Below the pieces are notes generated by a model. It ran no database searches. It was given only the letters and a program-made list of their open reading frames with translations, and was not told the DNA's origin. Both the position numbers and the translations under genes were made by a program. This document shows positions 17,942 to 28,591 of a DNA stretch of 64,000 nt, piece by piece; position 1 is the stretch's first letter, and the number at the start of each line of letters is the position of its first letter. Location: the NCBI GenBank assembly GCA_943354605.1, contig CALRCK010000002.1, forward strand, positions 135,186-199,185. The letters run 5' to 3'. The DNA is from Candidatus Uhrbacteria bacterium (GTDB taxonomy: Bacteria > Patescibacteriota > Patescibacteriia > UBA9934).

Positions 17942-18283
17942 TTAGGTGGTGATTTTTGGCGAGACCACAACGTGGATGTGCGACATTCGATGACGAATTG
18001 GCGTCGCGCGACCCTGTGCACGTGGAGCAAACCGTTTAATCTTTGGGCCTTCGTCGACCCAGGTCTTCACAACAACGAGCGTTGAAGGATCAAGCTTTGC
18101 GTTGTTCGTTGCGTTTGCAACGGCAGAGTTCAATGCCTTCAAAACCGTTCGTGCTGCGAGCTTTGGGGACACCATGAGCTGGCGACGAGCTTCGTTCACC
18201 GACTTGCCACGAATCAACCCCACGACAAGACGAGTCTTGCGAGGTGCGATTCGGATAAATTTTGCGACCGCTTTGACTTCCAT
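17942..18283 (-). CDS. rplV: 50S ribosomal protein L22
   Basis: Starts MEVKAVAKFIRIAPRKTRL. The track ORF is extended upstream across rpsS and was trimmed. Confidence 0.8.
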   Translation of the reverse strand: MEVKAVAKFIRIAPRKTRLVVGLIRGKSVNEARRQLMVSPKLAARTVLKALNSAVANATNNAKLDPSTLVVVKTWVDEGPKIKRFAPRAQGRATPIRHRMSHIHVVVSPKITT

Positions 18284-18293
18284 AATATTTGGA

Positions 18294-18623
18294 CTAGCGA
18301 GCAAGTTTCTTTGCAGCCGGTGCTGCGGCTGCTGGAGCCGGTGCTGCCGCAGGAGCAGCTGCTGCAGCCTTTCCTGCGTGACGAACGAACTTTCGCGTGA
18401 GCGAGAATTCTCCAAGCTTGTGACCAACCATGTTTTCCACCACACGGACCTGAACAAATTCGCGTCCGTTGTGTACACCGAAGGTGAATCCCACCATTTC
18501 CGGAGTAATTGTTGAGGCACGCGCCCATGTCTTGATGACTGTTTTGTCGCCAGCGCGAAGATTCGACACCTTCTTTGCGAGCTTTGGATCAACGAAAGGA
18601 CCCTTTTTGAGACTTCGTGGCAT
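18294..18623 (-). CDS. rpsS: 30S ribosomal protein S19 with Ala/Pro-rich C-terminal tail
   Basis: Starts [12 protein letters not shown]. Carries about 25 aa of poly-Ala/Pro at the C-terminus. Confidence 0.9.
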   Translation of the reverse strand: MPRSLKKGPFVDPKLAKKVSNLRAGDKTVIKTWARASTITPEMVGFTFGVHNGREFVQVRVVENMVGHKLGEFSLTRKFVRHAGKAAAAAPAAAPAPAAAAPAAKKLAR

Positions 18624-18627
18624 AGGA

Positions 18628-19476
18628 TTACGCGTTACGCTTCACGTGCTGTCGGCGGCGAACAATGAACGCATTCGATGGCTTCTTGCTCTTGCGGGTC
18701 TTCACACCGAGCGCCTTCTTTCCCGTTGGCGTCTTTGGCGATGGCATACCGATCGAGTTTCGTGCCTCTCCACCTCCGTGTGGGTGATCCACTGGGTTCA
18801 TCGCCTTTCCACGAACGGTTGGACGAACGCTTCGGTGGCGCATACGGCCAGCCTTTCCCCATCGCACCAAGCGCCAATCTGGATTGGACACGGTTCCGAT
18901 GGTTGCGAAGCATGCCTTTAACACCATGCGGACTTCACCGGATGGAAGACGAAGCGTTGCGCGCTCACCTTCAATTGCGAGAAGTTCTGCTGCAACACCC
19001 GCGCCGCGAACCATCTTTCCACCGCGACCTGGTTCAAGTTCGATATTGTGAACTTGCATACCAACCGGAATCTTTTCGAGTGGGAATCGGTTTCCCATTG
19101 CTGGCTCACCGCGCTCCTTTGAGGAAACGATAGTCATGCCAACTGTGAGACCGAGTGGAGCAAGAACGTAGCGCTTTTCTCCGTCTGCGTAGGCAAGGAG
19201 AGCAATACGTGCACCGCGGTTTGGATCGTATTCAATCGTCTGAACCTTCGCTGGAATGTCGTACTTCTCGCGCTTCCAATCGATGAGACGAATGTGGCGC
19301 TTTGCACCACCTCCACGATGACGAACGGAAATATGGCCAGACGCGCCACGACCCGCCATCTGCTTCTGGGAAACCAAAAGCGATTTTTCTGGCGATGTCG
19401 ATGTGACGTCGGCGAACGACTGAACGCTCGACGTGCGGCGTCCTGCAGTTGTTGGTTTGTATTGGATGATTGGCAT
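18628..19476 (-). CDS. rplB: 50S ribosomal protein L2
   Basis: Starts [14 protein letters not shown]. Confidence 0.9.
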   Translation of the reverse strand: MPIIQYKPTTAGRRTSSVQSFADVTSTSPEKSLLVSQKQMAGRGASGHISVRHRGGGAKRHIRLIDWKREKYDIPAKVQTIEYDPNRGARIALLAYADGEKRYVLAPLGLTVGMTIVSSKERGEPAMGNRFPLEKIPVGMQVHNIELEPGRGGKMVRGAGVAAELLAIEGERATLRLPSGEVRMVLKACFATIGTVSNPDWRLVRWGKAGRMRHRSVRPTVRGKAMNPVDHPHGGGEARNSIGMPSPKTPTGKKALGVKTRKSKKPSNAFIVRRRQHVKRNA

Positions 19477-19480
19477 ACGC

Positions 19481-19879
19481 TTAGACAACAGGTGCAAAGA
19501 CGTCGATCGTCGTTCCTGCTGGCAACGAGATCATCGCTTTCTTGAAACTCTTGAGGTGTCCATTGGACTTTCCAAAGTGCATTGCACGTGGGCGAACGGT
19601 GATGACGTTTACCTTCACCGGGGTGACTCCGTACAACTCCTTAAATGCCTGCTTTACCGCAACACGAGTTGCAGAAAGTGCGACGCGGAAAACCATAACG
19701 TTGCTGCTTGAAAGCATCGCGGTCTTTTCCGTAACCATTGGTGCAAGAAGTGTGTCGGTTGCAAAACGGGAAAGCGACTTCAATGCAGGTGCAGCTGATA
19801 CTTCAGCAACAGCCTTCTTTGTCGTCTTCTTCGCCGGCTTTGCGACAACCTCAACTTCAGTTGTTGATTTCTTTGGCAT
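19481..19879 (-). CDS. rplW: 50S ribosomal protein L23 with Lys/Ala-rich N-terminal extension
   Basis: L23 core ([12 protein letters not shown]...) preceded by about 35 aa of K/A-rich sequence. Confidence 0.8.
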   Translation of the reverse strand: MPKKSTTEVEVVAKPAKKTTKKAVAEVSAAPALKSLSRFATDTLLAPMVTEKTAMLSSSNVMVFRVALSATRVAVKQAFKELYGVTPVKVNVITVRPRAMHFGKSNGHLKSFKKAMISLPAGTTIDVFAPVV

Positions 19880-19882
19880 ACG

Positions 19883-20515
19883 TTACGCGCTAAACGTTTG
19901 AACCATCGATGCGATGGCAGCTTGCGAAGCGACGATTGTTCGGTACTTTGCCGCATCGCGAACGTTCAAGCTCTGAGCGTGAATGGTGGTGGTCTTTGGC
20001 AAGTTCTTCGCTGCGCGCTTCATGAGAATGTCATCAGCGGTCACCACGATAAGCGCAGAGCCACGAGCACCAGGAAGTGCTGCGCGCATTTGCGCAACAA
20101 ACTTTGTTTTTGCTTCTGGGAAACCAAAGTCTTCCACCGCAATAAACGCACCGTCCTGAAGCTTGTCGGTGAGCACCATCGCAAGCGCCGTGCGCTTCGT
20201 CTTTTTGTTGAGTTTCACTGAGAAATTGCGCTCAGCAAGCGGGCCGTGCGTGACACCTCCACCCACCCAAATTGGTGAACGGGAAGATCCATGACGTGCA
20301 CGACCGGTTCCTTTCTGCTTCCATGGCTTCTTTCCACCACCGGAAACCTGGCTTCGGTCTTTGGTATGTGCCAAGACAACGCGAGAGTTTGCTTCTTGCG
20401 CGACGATCACGTCGTGAATAAGGTTGCTATTTGGCTGCACCGCAAACAATGCGTCGGGCAACGTGACCGTGCCGGCATCCGCACCTTTCCAATTGTAGAG
20501 TTTTACTTGAGCCAT
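19883..20515 (-). CDS. rplD: 50S ribosomal protein L4
   Basis: L4 family by sequence and operon position. Confidence 0.9.
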   Translation of the reverse strand: MAQVKLYNWKGADAGTVTLPDALFAVQPNSNLIHDVIVAQEANSRVVLAHTKDRSQVSGGGKKPWKQKGTGRARHGSSRSPIWVGGGVTHGPLAERNFSVKLNKKTKRTALAMVLTDKLQDGAFIAVEDFGFPEAKTKFVAQMRAALPGARGSALIVVTADDILMKRAAKNLPKTTTIHAQSLNVRDAAKYRTIVASQAAIASMVQTFSA

Positions 20516-21126
20516 ACATTTCCTTCAGTTGCGAGAATAGTCACGAGGCTTCCACGGCTCCCAGGGACTGCGCCCTTAATTCCGATCATGTTCTTCTCCG
20601 TATCAATCGTCATCACCTCGAGGTTCTTGACCGTGACACGATCGCTTCCCATTCGGCCGGCCATGCGCATGCCCTTGAACACACGCTGGATACCACCGGC
20701 TCCGATGGAACCCGACTTACGCTCTTGGTCCTTATGACCGTGAGTTCGTGGGTGACCATGGAATCCGTGGCGCTTCACGACACCCTGGAAACCGCGGCCC
20801 TTTGAAGTGCCGACGATGTTCACGGTGTCACCGACTGCGAATGCCGAAACCGTGATTGCGGTGCCGCGCTCTGCGGTTTCACCGTCTGCAAGAGGAAACT
20901 CTCGCAACGTTCGGAATGTTCCAAGGTCTCCCGTCACTCCAGCTTCCGCTTTGGTGACGTTGGTGGTTTTGTCGAAACCGACAACCATCACGGAACGACC
21001 CTGAACGTTGTTTCGAACGGCGACGACCACCGAAGGCTCTGCTTCGATCAGCGTCACTGGCACCACCGACCCATCTGGTCGGAAGACCTGTGTCATGGCG
21101 ATTTTCTTTCCGAGAAGAACTTTCAT
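20503..21126 (-). CDS. rplC: 50S ribosomal protein L3
   Basis: L3 family by sequence and operon position. Confidence 0.9.
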   Translation of the reverse strand: MKVLLGKKIAMTQVFRPDGSVVPVTLIEAEPSVVVAVRNNVQGRSVMVVGFDKTTNVTKAEAGVTGDLGTFRTLREFPLADGETAERGTAITVSAFAVGDTVNIVGTSKGRGFQGVVKRHGFHGHPRTHGHKDQERKSGSIGAGGIQRVFKGMRMAGRMGSDRVTVKNLEVMTIDTEKNMIGIKGAVPGSRGSLVTILATEGNVWLK

Positions 21127-21440
21127 AGAATCTTTCGTTCATGCGCGAGGCAGCGGAACGGTATTAAGTAAGGGCCCTTTGAACGAAAAAACCAGAAGCT
21201 TCGCGATACGGCGAAAAACTTCTAGCTCAAAACAACGAACGGATACGCATAGGAGATGCGCGAGTGTTGATTGAGTTTTTTTATCGTTGAAAAGAGGTCT
21301 CCTGAACTCCTCACGAAGCATCAAGAAGGTTTTTCGCAAGCGAATCTTTCTTCTCGGTTCGATGTTGGAGTGTGTGCAGTGGGAACTGCGATGAAACCGT
21401 CTGTGAGAGATGATCTCGTCGCAGTTTCCACTGCAGTGAA

Positions 21441-21776
21441 TTACATTTTGATTTCGATGTCGACGCCAGCCGGAAGGTTCAAGCTCATGAGCGCATCAAT
21501 CGTCCGTTCCGTTGGACTCACAATGTCGATCAGGCGTTTGTGGACACGCATCTCGTACTGATCGCGAGACTGCTTGTCAATAAACGTTGAGCGGTTCACC
21601 GTGAAGCGACGAACCTCTGTTGGCAAGGGAACCGGGCCAAGAACCTCTGCTCCACTGCGCTCAGCCGTCTTGATGATGGTCTGTGTTGCGGTGTCGATCA
21701 CCTTGTGATCGTACGCACGAATCTTGATACGAATTCTCTGCTTCACGTCTTCTTTTGTTTTTGCTGCGTCGGTCAT
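21441..21776 (-). CDS. rpsJ: 30S ribosomal protein S10
   Basis: S10 family by sequence. Separated from rplC by about 315 bp of non-coding DNA. Confidence 0.9.
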   Translation of the reverse strand: MTDAAKTKEDVKQRIRIKIRAYDHKVIDTATQTIIKTAERSGAEVLGPVPLPTEVRRFTVNRSTFIDKQSRDQYEMRVHKRLIDIVSPTERTIDALMSLNLPAGVDIEIKM

Positions 21777-21803
21777 AGTGAAAAGGGCGATGTCTGAAAC
21801 AGA

Positions 21804-21845
21804 GGAAGGCAGACGTTGTTGCGTTCTGCCTTCATGTTCTTTTTC
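21804..21845. terminator. hairpin between tuf and rpsJ (attenuator/terminator-like)
   Basis: gaaggcaga-cgttgttgcgt-tctgccttc followed by a T-rich run. Confidence 0.45.
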
Positions 21846-21850
21846 AAGAA

Positions 21851-23038
21851 TTATTCAATAATTTTTACCACGATACCTGCGCCAACCGTGCGGCCACCCT
21901 CGCGGATAGCAAAGCGCATCTTCTCTTCGAGTGCGACTGGGTTGATGAGCGTCACGATGCCGTTCACCTTGTCTCCTGGCATCACCATCTCTGTGCCTTC
22001 TGGCAAGACGATTTCACCAGTCACGTCGGTGGTACGGATGTAGAACTGTGGCTTGTAGCCCTTGAAGAATGGCTTGTGGCGTCCACCCTCTTCCTTGGTC
22101 AAGGCGTAAATTTCAGCCTCGAACTTGGTGTGTGGCTTCACGGTTCCTGGCTTTGCAAGCACCTGACCGCGCTCAACATCTTCCTTCTTCACACCGCGGA
22201 GAAGAACTCCAGCGTTGTCGCCAGCCATACCCTTATCAAGCGACTTGTTGAACATTTCGATACCAGTCACCGTGGACTTGATAGTGTCCTTGATACCGAC
22301 GATTTCGACTTCGTCACCAACAGTACAGACACCGCGCTCGATACGACCGGTCACGACAGTTCCACGTCCTTCAATAGAGAAGACGTCTTCCACTGGCATG
22401 AGGAATGGCTTGTCGAGTTCGCGCACCGGCTGTGGGATGTAGCTGTCCAATGCTGCGAGCAAGTCGCGGATTGGCTGTGCTTCTGGACCGGTTGGGTTTT
22501 CAAGTGCTTTCACGGAAGATCCGCGGATCACTGGAACGGCGTCGCCAGGGAAATCGTACTTCTTCAAAAGGTCGCGAACTTCCTGCTCAACGAGGTCGAT
22601 GAGTTCTGGATCGTCAACCATGTCAACTTTGTTCAAGTAGACGATGATCGAAGGAACACCAACCTGCTTTGCGAGAAGAATGTGCTCGCGCGTCTGTGGC
22701 ATTGGACCGTCAGCAGCGGAAACGACGAGAATCGCGCCGTCCATCTGTGCAGCACCCGTGATCATGTTCTTCACGTAGTCTGCGTGTCCTGGACAGTCCA
22801 CGTGTGCGTAGTGACGGTTTGCCGTCTCATACTCACAGTGTGCGGTCGAAATGGTGATACCACGTGCCTTGGATTCTGGCGCCTTGTCGAGGTCGTTAAT
22901 ACCCTTCTTTTGCGCGGTGTTTCCCATTGCAGCAGCCACTGCCAAAATTGCAGCGGTTGTGGTGGTCTTCCCGTGGTCGACGTGACCAATGGTGCCGACG
23001 TTCACGTGCGGCTTTGTGCGGTCAAACTGTTCTGCCAT
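21851..23038 (-). CDS. tuf: elongation factor Tu
   Basis: GHVDHGKTT and DCPGHADY G-domain motifs. Full-length EF-Tu. Confidence 0.95.
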   Translation of the reverse strand: MAEQFDRTKPHVNVGTIGHVDHGKTTTTAAILAVAAAMGNTAQKKGINDLDKAPESKARGITISTAHCEYETANRHYAHVDCPGHADYVKNMITGAAQMDGAILVVSAADGPMPQTREHILLAKQVGVPSIIVYLNKVDMVDDPELIDLVEQEVRDLLKKYDFPGDAVPVIRGSSVKALENPTGPEAQPIRDLLAALDSYIPQPVRELDKPFLMPVEDVFSIEGRGTVVTGRIERGVCTVGDEVEIVGIKDTIKSTVTGIEMFNKSLDKGMAGDNAGVLLRGVKKEDVERGQVLAKPGTVKPHTKFEAEIYALTKEEGGRHKPFFKGYKPQFYIRTTDVTGEIVLPEGTEMVMPGDKVNGIVTLINPVALEEKMRFAIREGGRTVGAGIVVKIIE

Positions 23039-23165
23039 ACGAAGAAATTATGCGGGCATTCCGTGTGCGGAATACTCAGCGAGTGAGTGAGAGTTTCGGT
23101 AAATAAATGTGGCGAGAGTGTAGCAAAACCAGGAAAATCACGCAAGTCCGCTTATGCACGGCGGG

Positions 23166-23645
23166 CTAATCGATCTGTTCAAGGTAGAACTCTTCCTCCC
23201 CTCCTTCGCTCCGACTTGACTTCTTTTTGACGACTTCCCGAGGCTTTTCGACATTTTTCTCTTGCTCCTGTGTTTTGGGCACCTCTACCGGCGCCTGCCA
23301 AAGACTCTTCAGCGCCTCCTCGTCGATATCCGCCTCGTCGAAAGCCTCATCCGTAACCTCAGCGGCGATTTCTTCGGACAGCTCGATCATCGCCTCAGCC
23401 TCCTCCTCAACCCCACTCATAGGCGCCCCCGACCTCGCCCGACCATCGCCATACACCGGCAAATCAATCCCCTCATCGCTAAATGTCCCCTCCCCAGGCC
23501 CAAACGCCTGATCGATAAGCGCTTCGTACTCCTCCAGCGGCAAAATCACCATTGGCTCGCCTCCCCCAGCCTCGTCCGTCACAATCAGCCGATCGCCCGT
23601 TCTCCGGGCCAACCGCAACAGTCGAGGAATGTGATTGATCGCCAT
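23166..23645 (-). CDS. hypothetical acidic protein
   Basis: About 160 aa with a very D/E-rich C-terminal half. The N-terminus (RLIVTDE...PMVILPLEEYEAL) weakly resembles Phd/YefM-like folds. No adjacent toxin gene. Confidence 0.4.
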   Translation of the reverse strand: MAINHIPRLLRLARRTGDRLIVTDEAGGGEPMVILPLEEYEALIDQAFGPGEGTFSDEGIDLPVYGDGRARSGAPMSGVEEEAEAMIELSEEIAAEVTDEAFDEADIDEEALKSLWQAPVEVPKTQEQEKNVEKPREVVKKKSSRSEGGEEEFYLEQID

Positions 23646-23791
23646 ATGCAGCCATCTTAGGAAGTGTGGGAGCAAAGGGCAAGGGGCGTTAGAGCTTTTT
23701 TGGACTTTTCTTCTAGAAAATGCTAAAATGTTTGGTCCGATCTCAAACCGGCCTCAGGCCAAGGAAGTGACTCGTGCGTTTTCCTCAAATC

Positions 23792-24037
23792 ATGAACCTC
23801 CTCGTGGCCATCGCCGGCTTCCTGAACGCCGGCGGGATCGCCCTACAGGCCGCGCAGATCCTCTAAACCCGGGACGTCAGCGGGATCTCGCTTCCGATGT
23901 TCTGCATGTTCCTATTCATCCAGATCATTTACGCCATCCGGGGAATGCAGAACAAGGACATGATGATGGCACTCGGGATGTGCGCATCTGCGATCGCGAA
24001 CATCACGGTCATGCTCCTCGTCCTCACCTACCGCTAG
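23792..24037 (+). pseudogene. SemiSWEET/PQ-loop-like small membrane protein interrupted by an in-frame TAA
   Basis: Reads MNLLVAIAGFLNAGGIALQAAQIL*TRDVSGISLPMF...VMLLVLTYR. That is three hydrophobic helices with an (L/P)Q-loop motif, typical of SemiSWEET, with a TAA at 23864-23866 where a Lys or Gln codon would be expected. Confidence 0.35.
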
Positions 24038-24157
24038 CTCGCCCCGCGCGAAATCGACAAGCCCCAACTCGGGAGCCCGTCGTCTCGACGCGGGGTTTGT
24101 CGTTGACGCACAGCGCCGAACCTCCGTAAGAGATTCGGCGCGCGTCGGACGTCGTGA

Positions 24158-24193
24158 TTCAACCCTTAGGGTTGGTCAACGCTAAGGGTTGAC
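24158..24193. repeat. REP-like paired palindrome, copy 3
   Basis: ttcaacccttagggttggtcaacgctaagggttgacc. Intergenic. Confidence 0.8.
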
Positions 24194-24197
24194 CAAT

Positions 24198-24530
24198 CTA
24201 GATCAGCCCGAGGAGGTGCTCGGCCACGGTGCAGACATAGTGGCAGAGCTGGTCCTGCCAGATGGTCTTGATCACCTGCTTGCCCTTCAGCTCGTCCACC
24301 GTGGCGTGGAGCGCCATGTGGATGAGAAGTCCGTACCACGTGATGTGGAACCCGGGCACCGCCGCGAGGAGCATGAACGGGCTCGCCTGCGTCACGACGT
24401 GGTAGAACAGCACTTCCTTGCTCTTCGCCTTCTCCATCGCCATCCACGCGCTCTGGAACGCGAAGTCGCCGATGTTGTGGCACGCGAAAAGGACTGTGAG
24501 GTACTGCCAGAGTTCGAGCGGACTGGTCAT
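24198..24530 (-). CDS. hypothetical small membrane protein
   Basis: About 110 aa with three hydrophobic segments and a conserved-looking HNIGDF...HxxxH pattern. Start trimmed to the ATG at 24528-24530. Confidence 0.4.
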   Translation of the reverse strand: MTSPLELWQYLTVLFACHNIGDFAFQSAWMAMEKAKSKEVLFYHVVTQASPFMLLAAVPGFHITWYGLLIHMALHATVDELKGKQVIKTIWQDQLCHYVCTVAEHLLGLI

Positions 24531-24688
24531 GGAACACCTCCTGTGTTGAGTGTCCGCTGTGAGTATCTGTCCACAACCACAATGTGCCGAGAGCATCTGT
24601 CGTCATGCACGACGACAGTAATTGCGCATCTGTCGTCCATCACGACAACACATTGACTTCTGCTCTCTGCACGCTATCGTAATGATGT

Positions 24689-25450
24689 ATGCATATGTCC
24701 TCTTCAAAGGAACTCAATCGCGCACTCGTCGCGTTTGGATTTGACGAGAAGGAAGCGCATCTGTACCTCGCCGGCATTGAGCTTGGCGAAGCAACGGTGC
24801 TTGAGCTTTCGCGGCTCACAAAACTTCCGCGCACAACGCTGTATCCAGTTCTTGAAAGTTTGTGCCGGCGTGGATATTTCCGATTAAAAAATTTGCAAGG
24901 ACGAAAAAAGTTCGTCGCAAACCCTCCTGATTTGTTCATCAAGCATCTCGCCGACCGCCAAGAAAAATTTCGTGAAATTCTTCCGCTCTTCGAAGCGATC
25001 AAAGCAAACGATCCCGAATCCGTCGGCGTCACCATCTACGAAGGCACTGAGGGATTCAAACAATTCTGGCAACAAATCTTCCGCTCCGGCGTAAAGGAAT
25101 ATTGTTTGCTCACCACCGGCGTGCACATGCTCGACTACGTCAAAGAACCGTATCTCATGAAGCAAATTATTGCCGAGCGCATGAAACGCGGAATCCGCAG
25201 CCGTCAACTCATCATCGAAACCGCAGAATCAAGAAAATTTATTCGACGTGATTCCATCGAGCTTCGCGAATCACGGTTCCTCCCACCAAATATCAATATC
25301 CCTGCAACAATGTTACTGTTCGGCAACGACGTCGCATTCGTCACCACCCGTAAAGAAAACTCCGTGATCCTTGTCACGAGTGGTGATGTTTCGGTGACAC
25401 TTCGCACGATGTTCGAACTTCTGTGGAGCTGCGCAAAATCGACGACATAA
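24689..25450 (+). CDS. TrmB-family transcriptional regulator
   Basis: N-terminal winged HTH (LYLAGIELGEATVLELSRLTKLPRTTLYPVLESL) followed by a TrmB-like C-terminal domain. Confidence 0.65.
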   Translation: MHMSSSKELNRALVAFGFDEKEAHLYLAGIELGEATVLELSRLTKLPRTTLYPVLESLCRRGYFRLKNLQGRKKFVANPPDLFIKHLADRQEKFREILPLFEAIKANDPESVGVTIYEGTEGFKQFWQQIFRSGVKEYCLLTTGVHMLDYVKEPYLMKQIIAERMKRGIRSRQLIIETAESRKFIRRDSIELRESRFLPPNINIPATMLLFGNDVAFVTTRKENSVILVTSGDVSVTLRTMFELLWSCAKSTT

Positions 25451-25491
25451 CAAAAACAAAATCGACGCCGAAGTCGATATTTGTAGAAAAC

Positions 25492-26331
25492 TTACAACAA
25501 AGATCGCTTAATAGCTGCCGCTTCCTCTTCCTCTTCTCTCAGCTTTGCGACCCGAATCGCCTCTCGCCGAGCCTTCTCCGTATGAATCTTTTCATCATTT
25601 TCTTGCGCGACTTCGGCAGCAAGCCGTTGTTGTGTTATTGGATTCTCAAGAATATTAGCGGAAACATCAAACTTAGCTTTATTCAAAATTTGGATAGTTT
25701 TTGAAGATTCTTCAATCAACTTTTCTGAATATTCGATATCAAGCTGATTTGAAGGTGTTCCCTTGAAATTTTTTTGTTCGCTTAAAATACTACGAGTTCT
25801 TGTTAAGTTTTCAGTCGCCGCTTCTAATGCAACGTTTATCATTGGCAAAAGTTCTGCTCCAAAAGTTTTATAGACCTCTTCATAATCAAGCTCCACAAAC
25901 GCTTCAGCAAGTATGTACCCGCCTTGGCTCGTTTCAAGCGCTCGTTCCGCACGATCCATATCAGCGCCCCGTCCATGTAAGCCTTTATCAAAATTGTCTA
26001 CCATGTTCTGAACGACTTCGCTCAAGTCATAATATCTTTCACCCCTCCACGAAGATCCATCCTCCCGTCCTTCAATTGCCTTCTTTTTCGCAGCCTTCTG
26101 AGCAAGCTCAGTCCAACCCGTAAGTAAAAAACCATCACGAAGTGCCCTGCCTACCTCTTGCATATTCTTATCTTGTTTCGCCTTCATGCCTTCCTGTCGC
26201 GCTCTCACAATACCCCCAACTAGTGAACCCTGCTCCTCAATTTCAGCGCTAGAAAGTGGAACCTTCCTTCCTACAAATGTATTTCCAGTCTCCGTTTCGA
26301 TTTTGTCGATAACGATTTTGTCAAACTTCAT
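25492..26331 (-). CDS. hypothetical protein (AT-rich, about 279 aa)
   Basis: Coherent ORF ending in a coiled-coil-like K/E-rich C-terminus. No recognisable motifs. GC clearly below the local average. Confidence 0.5.
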   Translation of the reverse strand: MKFDKIVIDKIETETGNTFVGRKVPLSSAEIEEQGSLVGGIVRARQEGMKAKQDKNMQEVGRALRDGFLLTGWTELAQKAAKKKAIEGREDGSSWRGERYYDLSEVVQNMVDNFDKGLHGRGADMDRAERALETSQGGYILAEAFVELDYEEVYKTFGAELLPMINVALEAATENLTRTRSILSEQKNFKGTPSNQLDIEYSEKLIEESSKTIQILNKAKFDVSANILENPITQQRLAAEVAQENDEKIHTEKARREAIRVAKLREEEEEAAAIKRSLL

Positions 26332-26457
26332 AAATACAATCAAAATACTTCGACTTATCTTTCATCAATTATCATCCATGTAAGCCTTTGCAGCAAAAGG
26401 GATTGGGGATAACAAAACGAGCTCAATGCGAGCTCGTTTTGTATTGGAACGATGTAT

Positions 26458-28545
26458 TTATTTTCCCTGACGCGCTTCGACGATGGTCTTTTGCACGTTC
26501 GTTGGCACTTCCATGTACTGACCGAACTCCATGGAGTAGCTTGCGCGTCCTTGGGTCATCGATCGGAGCGATGTGGAGTAGCCAAACATTTCTGCAAGTG
26601 GAACAAGAGCTTTCACGAACTTGATATTTCCGCGGTCGCCCATTTCCTGAATCTGTCCGCGCTTTCCGTTCAAGTCGCCGACGACGGATCCCATGAATTC
26701 GTCTGGAGTAACCGCTTCCACCTTCATCATTGGCTCAAGCAACACTGGTTTTGCGTTCTTGACGGCTTCCTGGAATGCCATGCTTCCTGCCATCTTGAAG
26801 GCTGCTTCGTTGGAGTCCACATCGTGGTAGCTTCCGTCGAACACCGTCACCTTGATGTTGATGAGTGGGAATCCAGCAATCGCACCGCGATCCATGGATT
26901 CACGCGCACCTTTTTCAATGGCTGGAATGTATTCGCGAGGAATGGATCCACCCTTTGTTTCTTCAAAGAACTCGAAGTTCTTTGCGTCTTCGCCGGTGTT
27001 TGGCTCCACACGCAACCAGCAGTGTCCGTACTGACCACGTCCACCAGACTGCTTGATGTACTTTCCTTCGCCTTCTGCCGCAGCACGAATCGTTTCGCGG
27101 TACGCAACTTGTGGGCGACCCACGTTTGCTTCCACGCCGTATTCGCGCTTCATGCGGTCCACCATAATTTCCAAGTGGAGTTCTCCCATACCAGCGATAA
27201 TCGTCTGGTTGGAATCGGCATCCGTGTGCACGTGGAATGTTGGATCTTCTTCCTTAAGCTTCTGCAGCGCAACACCCATCTTTTCCTGGTCAGCCTTTGT
27301 CTTTGGCTCAAGTGCTTGAGAGATAACCGGCTCTGGGAAGGTAATGGATTCAAGAATCACTGGATGATCCGCGTCGCACAACGTGTTTCCCGTTGTGGTA
27401 CTCTTCAAACCAACGGCTGCGGCGATTTCTCCAGCAAACACCTCCTCAACGTCCTCGCGGCTGTTTGCGTGCAAACGGACGATACGAGAAATACGCTCCT
27501 TGTCTCCAGTGGTGGTGTTCAACACGTATGTTCCCGCCTTGATCGATCCTGAGTACACACGGAAAAACGCGAGCTTTCCAACGAATGGATCTGCCGCAAT
27601 CTTGAAGGCGAGTGCCGCAAACGGTGCGTCGTCCTTTGGTGGGCAGGCGATGAGCTCTTCGTGATCGTCTGGATTGAATCCGGTGATTGGTGGGACGTCG
27701 AGTGGCGATGGCAAGTAGTCCACAACTGCGTCGAGCATCTGCTGAACGCCTTTATTCTTCAAGGCAGAGCCGCAAAGAATTGGGAAGATTTTCAACGAGA
27801 CCACCCCCTTACGAAGCGCAACCTTCAGTTCTGGAACAGGAATTTCTTCGCCGGCAAAGAAGCGGTCGAGCAATGCCTCGTCTTCTGCGACGATCGCCTC
27901 AACCAAGTTCTTGCGATATTCGTCTGCCTTTTCTTTGTACTCGTCTGGAATTTCGATTTCGTCGACCACCTTGCCCATGTCGTCCTTATAGATGAACGCC
28001 TTGCGCAAGAGCAGGTCGATGATTCCGACGAAATTACTCTCGGTTCCGATTGGCAACTGAATTGGATATGCGTTTGGTGCCAAGCGCTTCCGGATGGAAT
28101 CAACGTCTTTGTAGAAGTCGGCACCGGTACGATCGAGCTTGTTGATGAAACACACGCGAGGAACTTTGTACTTGTCGGCCTGATGCCAAACCGTCTCAGA
28201 CTGTGGCTCCACGCCAGCAACGCCGTCGAACACGGTTACGCCGCCGTCGAGCACACGAAGCGAGCGCTCCACTTCCACGGTAAAGTCCACGTGGCCAGGG
28301 GTGTCGATGATATTAATACGGTGATCCTTCCAGAAACACGTGGTCGCAGCAGCCGTAATGGTGATACCGCGCTCCTGTTCCTGCTCCATCCAGTCCATGG
28401 TTGCTTCACCTTCATGCACTTCACCGATCTTGTGCTTCTTACCAGTGTAGTACAACACGCGCTCCGTTGTGGTGGTCTTTCCCGCATCGATGTGCGCAAT
28501 GATTCCGATGTTCCGAACCCGTTCCAATGGATAATCACGTTGCAT
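26458..28545 (-). CDS. fusA: elongation factor G
   Basis: Starts [35 protein letters not shown]. Five-domain EF-G. The track's N-terminal extension was trimmed because it reads across a repeat element. Confidence 0.95.
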   Translation of the reverse strand: MQRDYPLERVRNIGIIAHIDAGKTTTTERVLYYTGKKHKIGEVHEGEATMDWMEQEQERGITITAAATTCFWKDHRINIIDTPGHVDFTVEVERSLRVLDGGVTVFDGVAGVEPQSETVWHQADKYKVPRVCFINKLDRTGADFYKDVDSIRKRLAPNAYPIQLPIGTESNFVGIIDLLLRKAFIYKDDMGKVVDEIEIPDEYKEKADEYRKNLVEAIVAEDEALLDRFFAGEEIPVPELKVALRKGVVSLKIFPILCGSALKNKGVQQMLDAVVDYLPSPLDVPPITGFNPDDHEELIACPPKDDAPFAALAFKIAADPFVGKLAFFRVYSGSIKAGTYVLNTTTGDKERISRIVRLHANSREDVEEVFAGEIAAAVGLKSTTTGNTLCDADHPVILESITFPEPVISQALEPKTKADQEKMGVALQKLKEEDPTFHVHTDADSNQTIIAGMGELHLEIMVDRMKREYGVEANVGRPQVAYRETIRAAAEGEGKYIKQSGGRGQYGHCWLRVEPNTGEDAKNFEFFEETKGGSIPREYIPAIEKGARESMDRGAIAGFPLINIKVTVFDGSYHDVDSNEAAFKMAGSMAFQEAVKNAKPVLLEPMMKVEAVTPDEFMGSVVGDLNGKRGQIQEMGDRGNIKFVKALVPLAEMFGYSTSLRSMTQGRASYSMEFGQYMEVPTNVQKTIVEARQGK

Positions 28546-28591
28546 AAGAAAAAAATGTAGACGTTTGAGAAGAATGACAAAGAGTTTTCTG

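Noticed and set aside
23864-23866. Possibility that TAA is a reassigned sense codon, which would make the SemiSWEET-like gene intact.
   Set aside because: TAA terminates well-supported genes in this window (for example rarA at 43344-43346), so reassignment is unlikely. A pseudogene or sequencing error is the better explanation.
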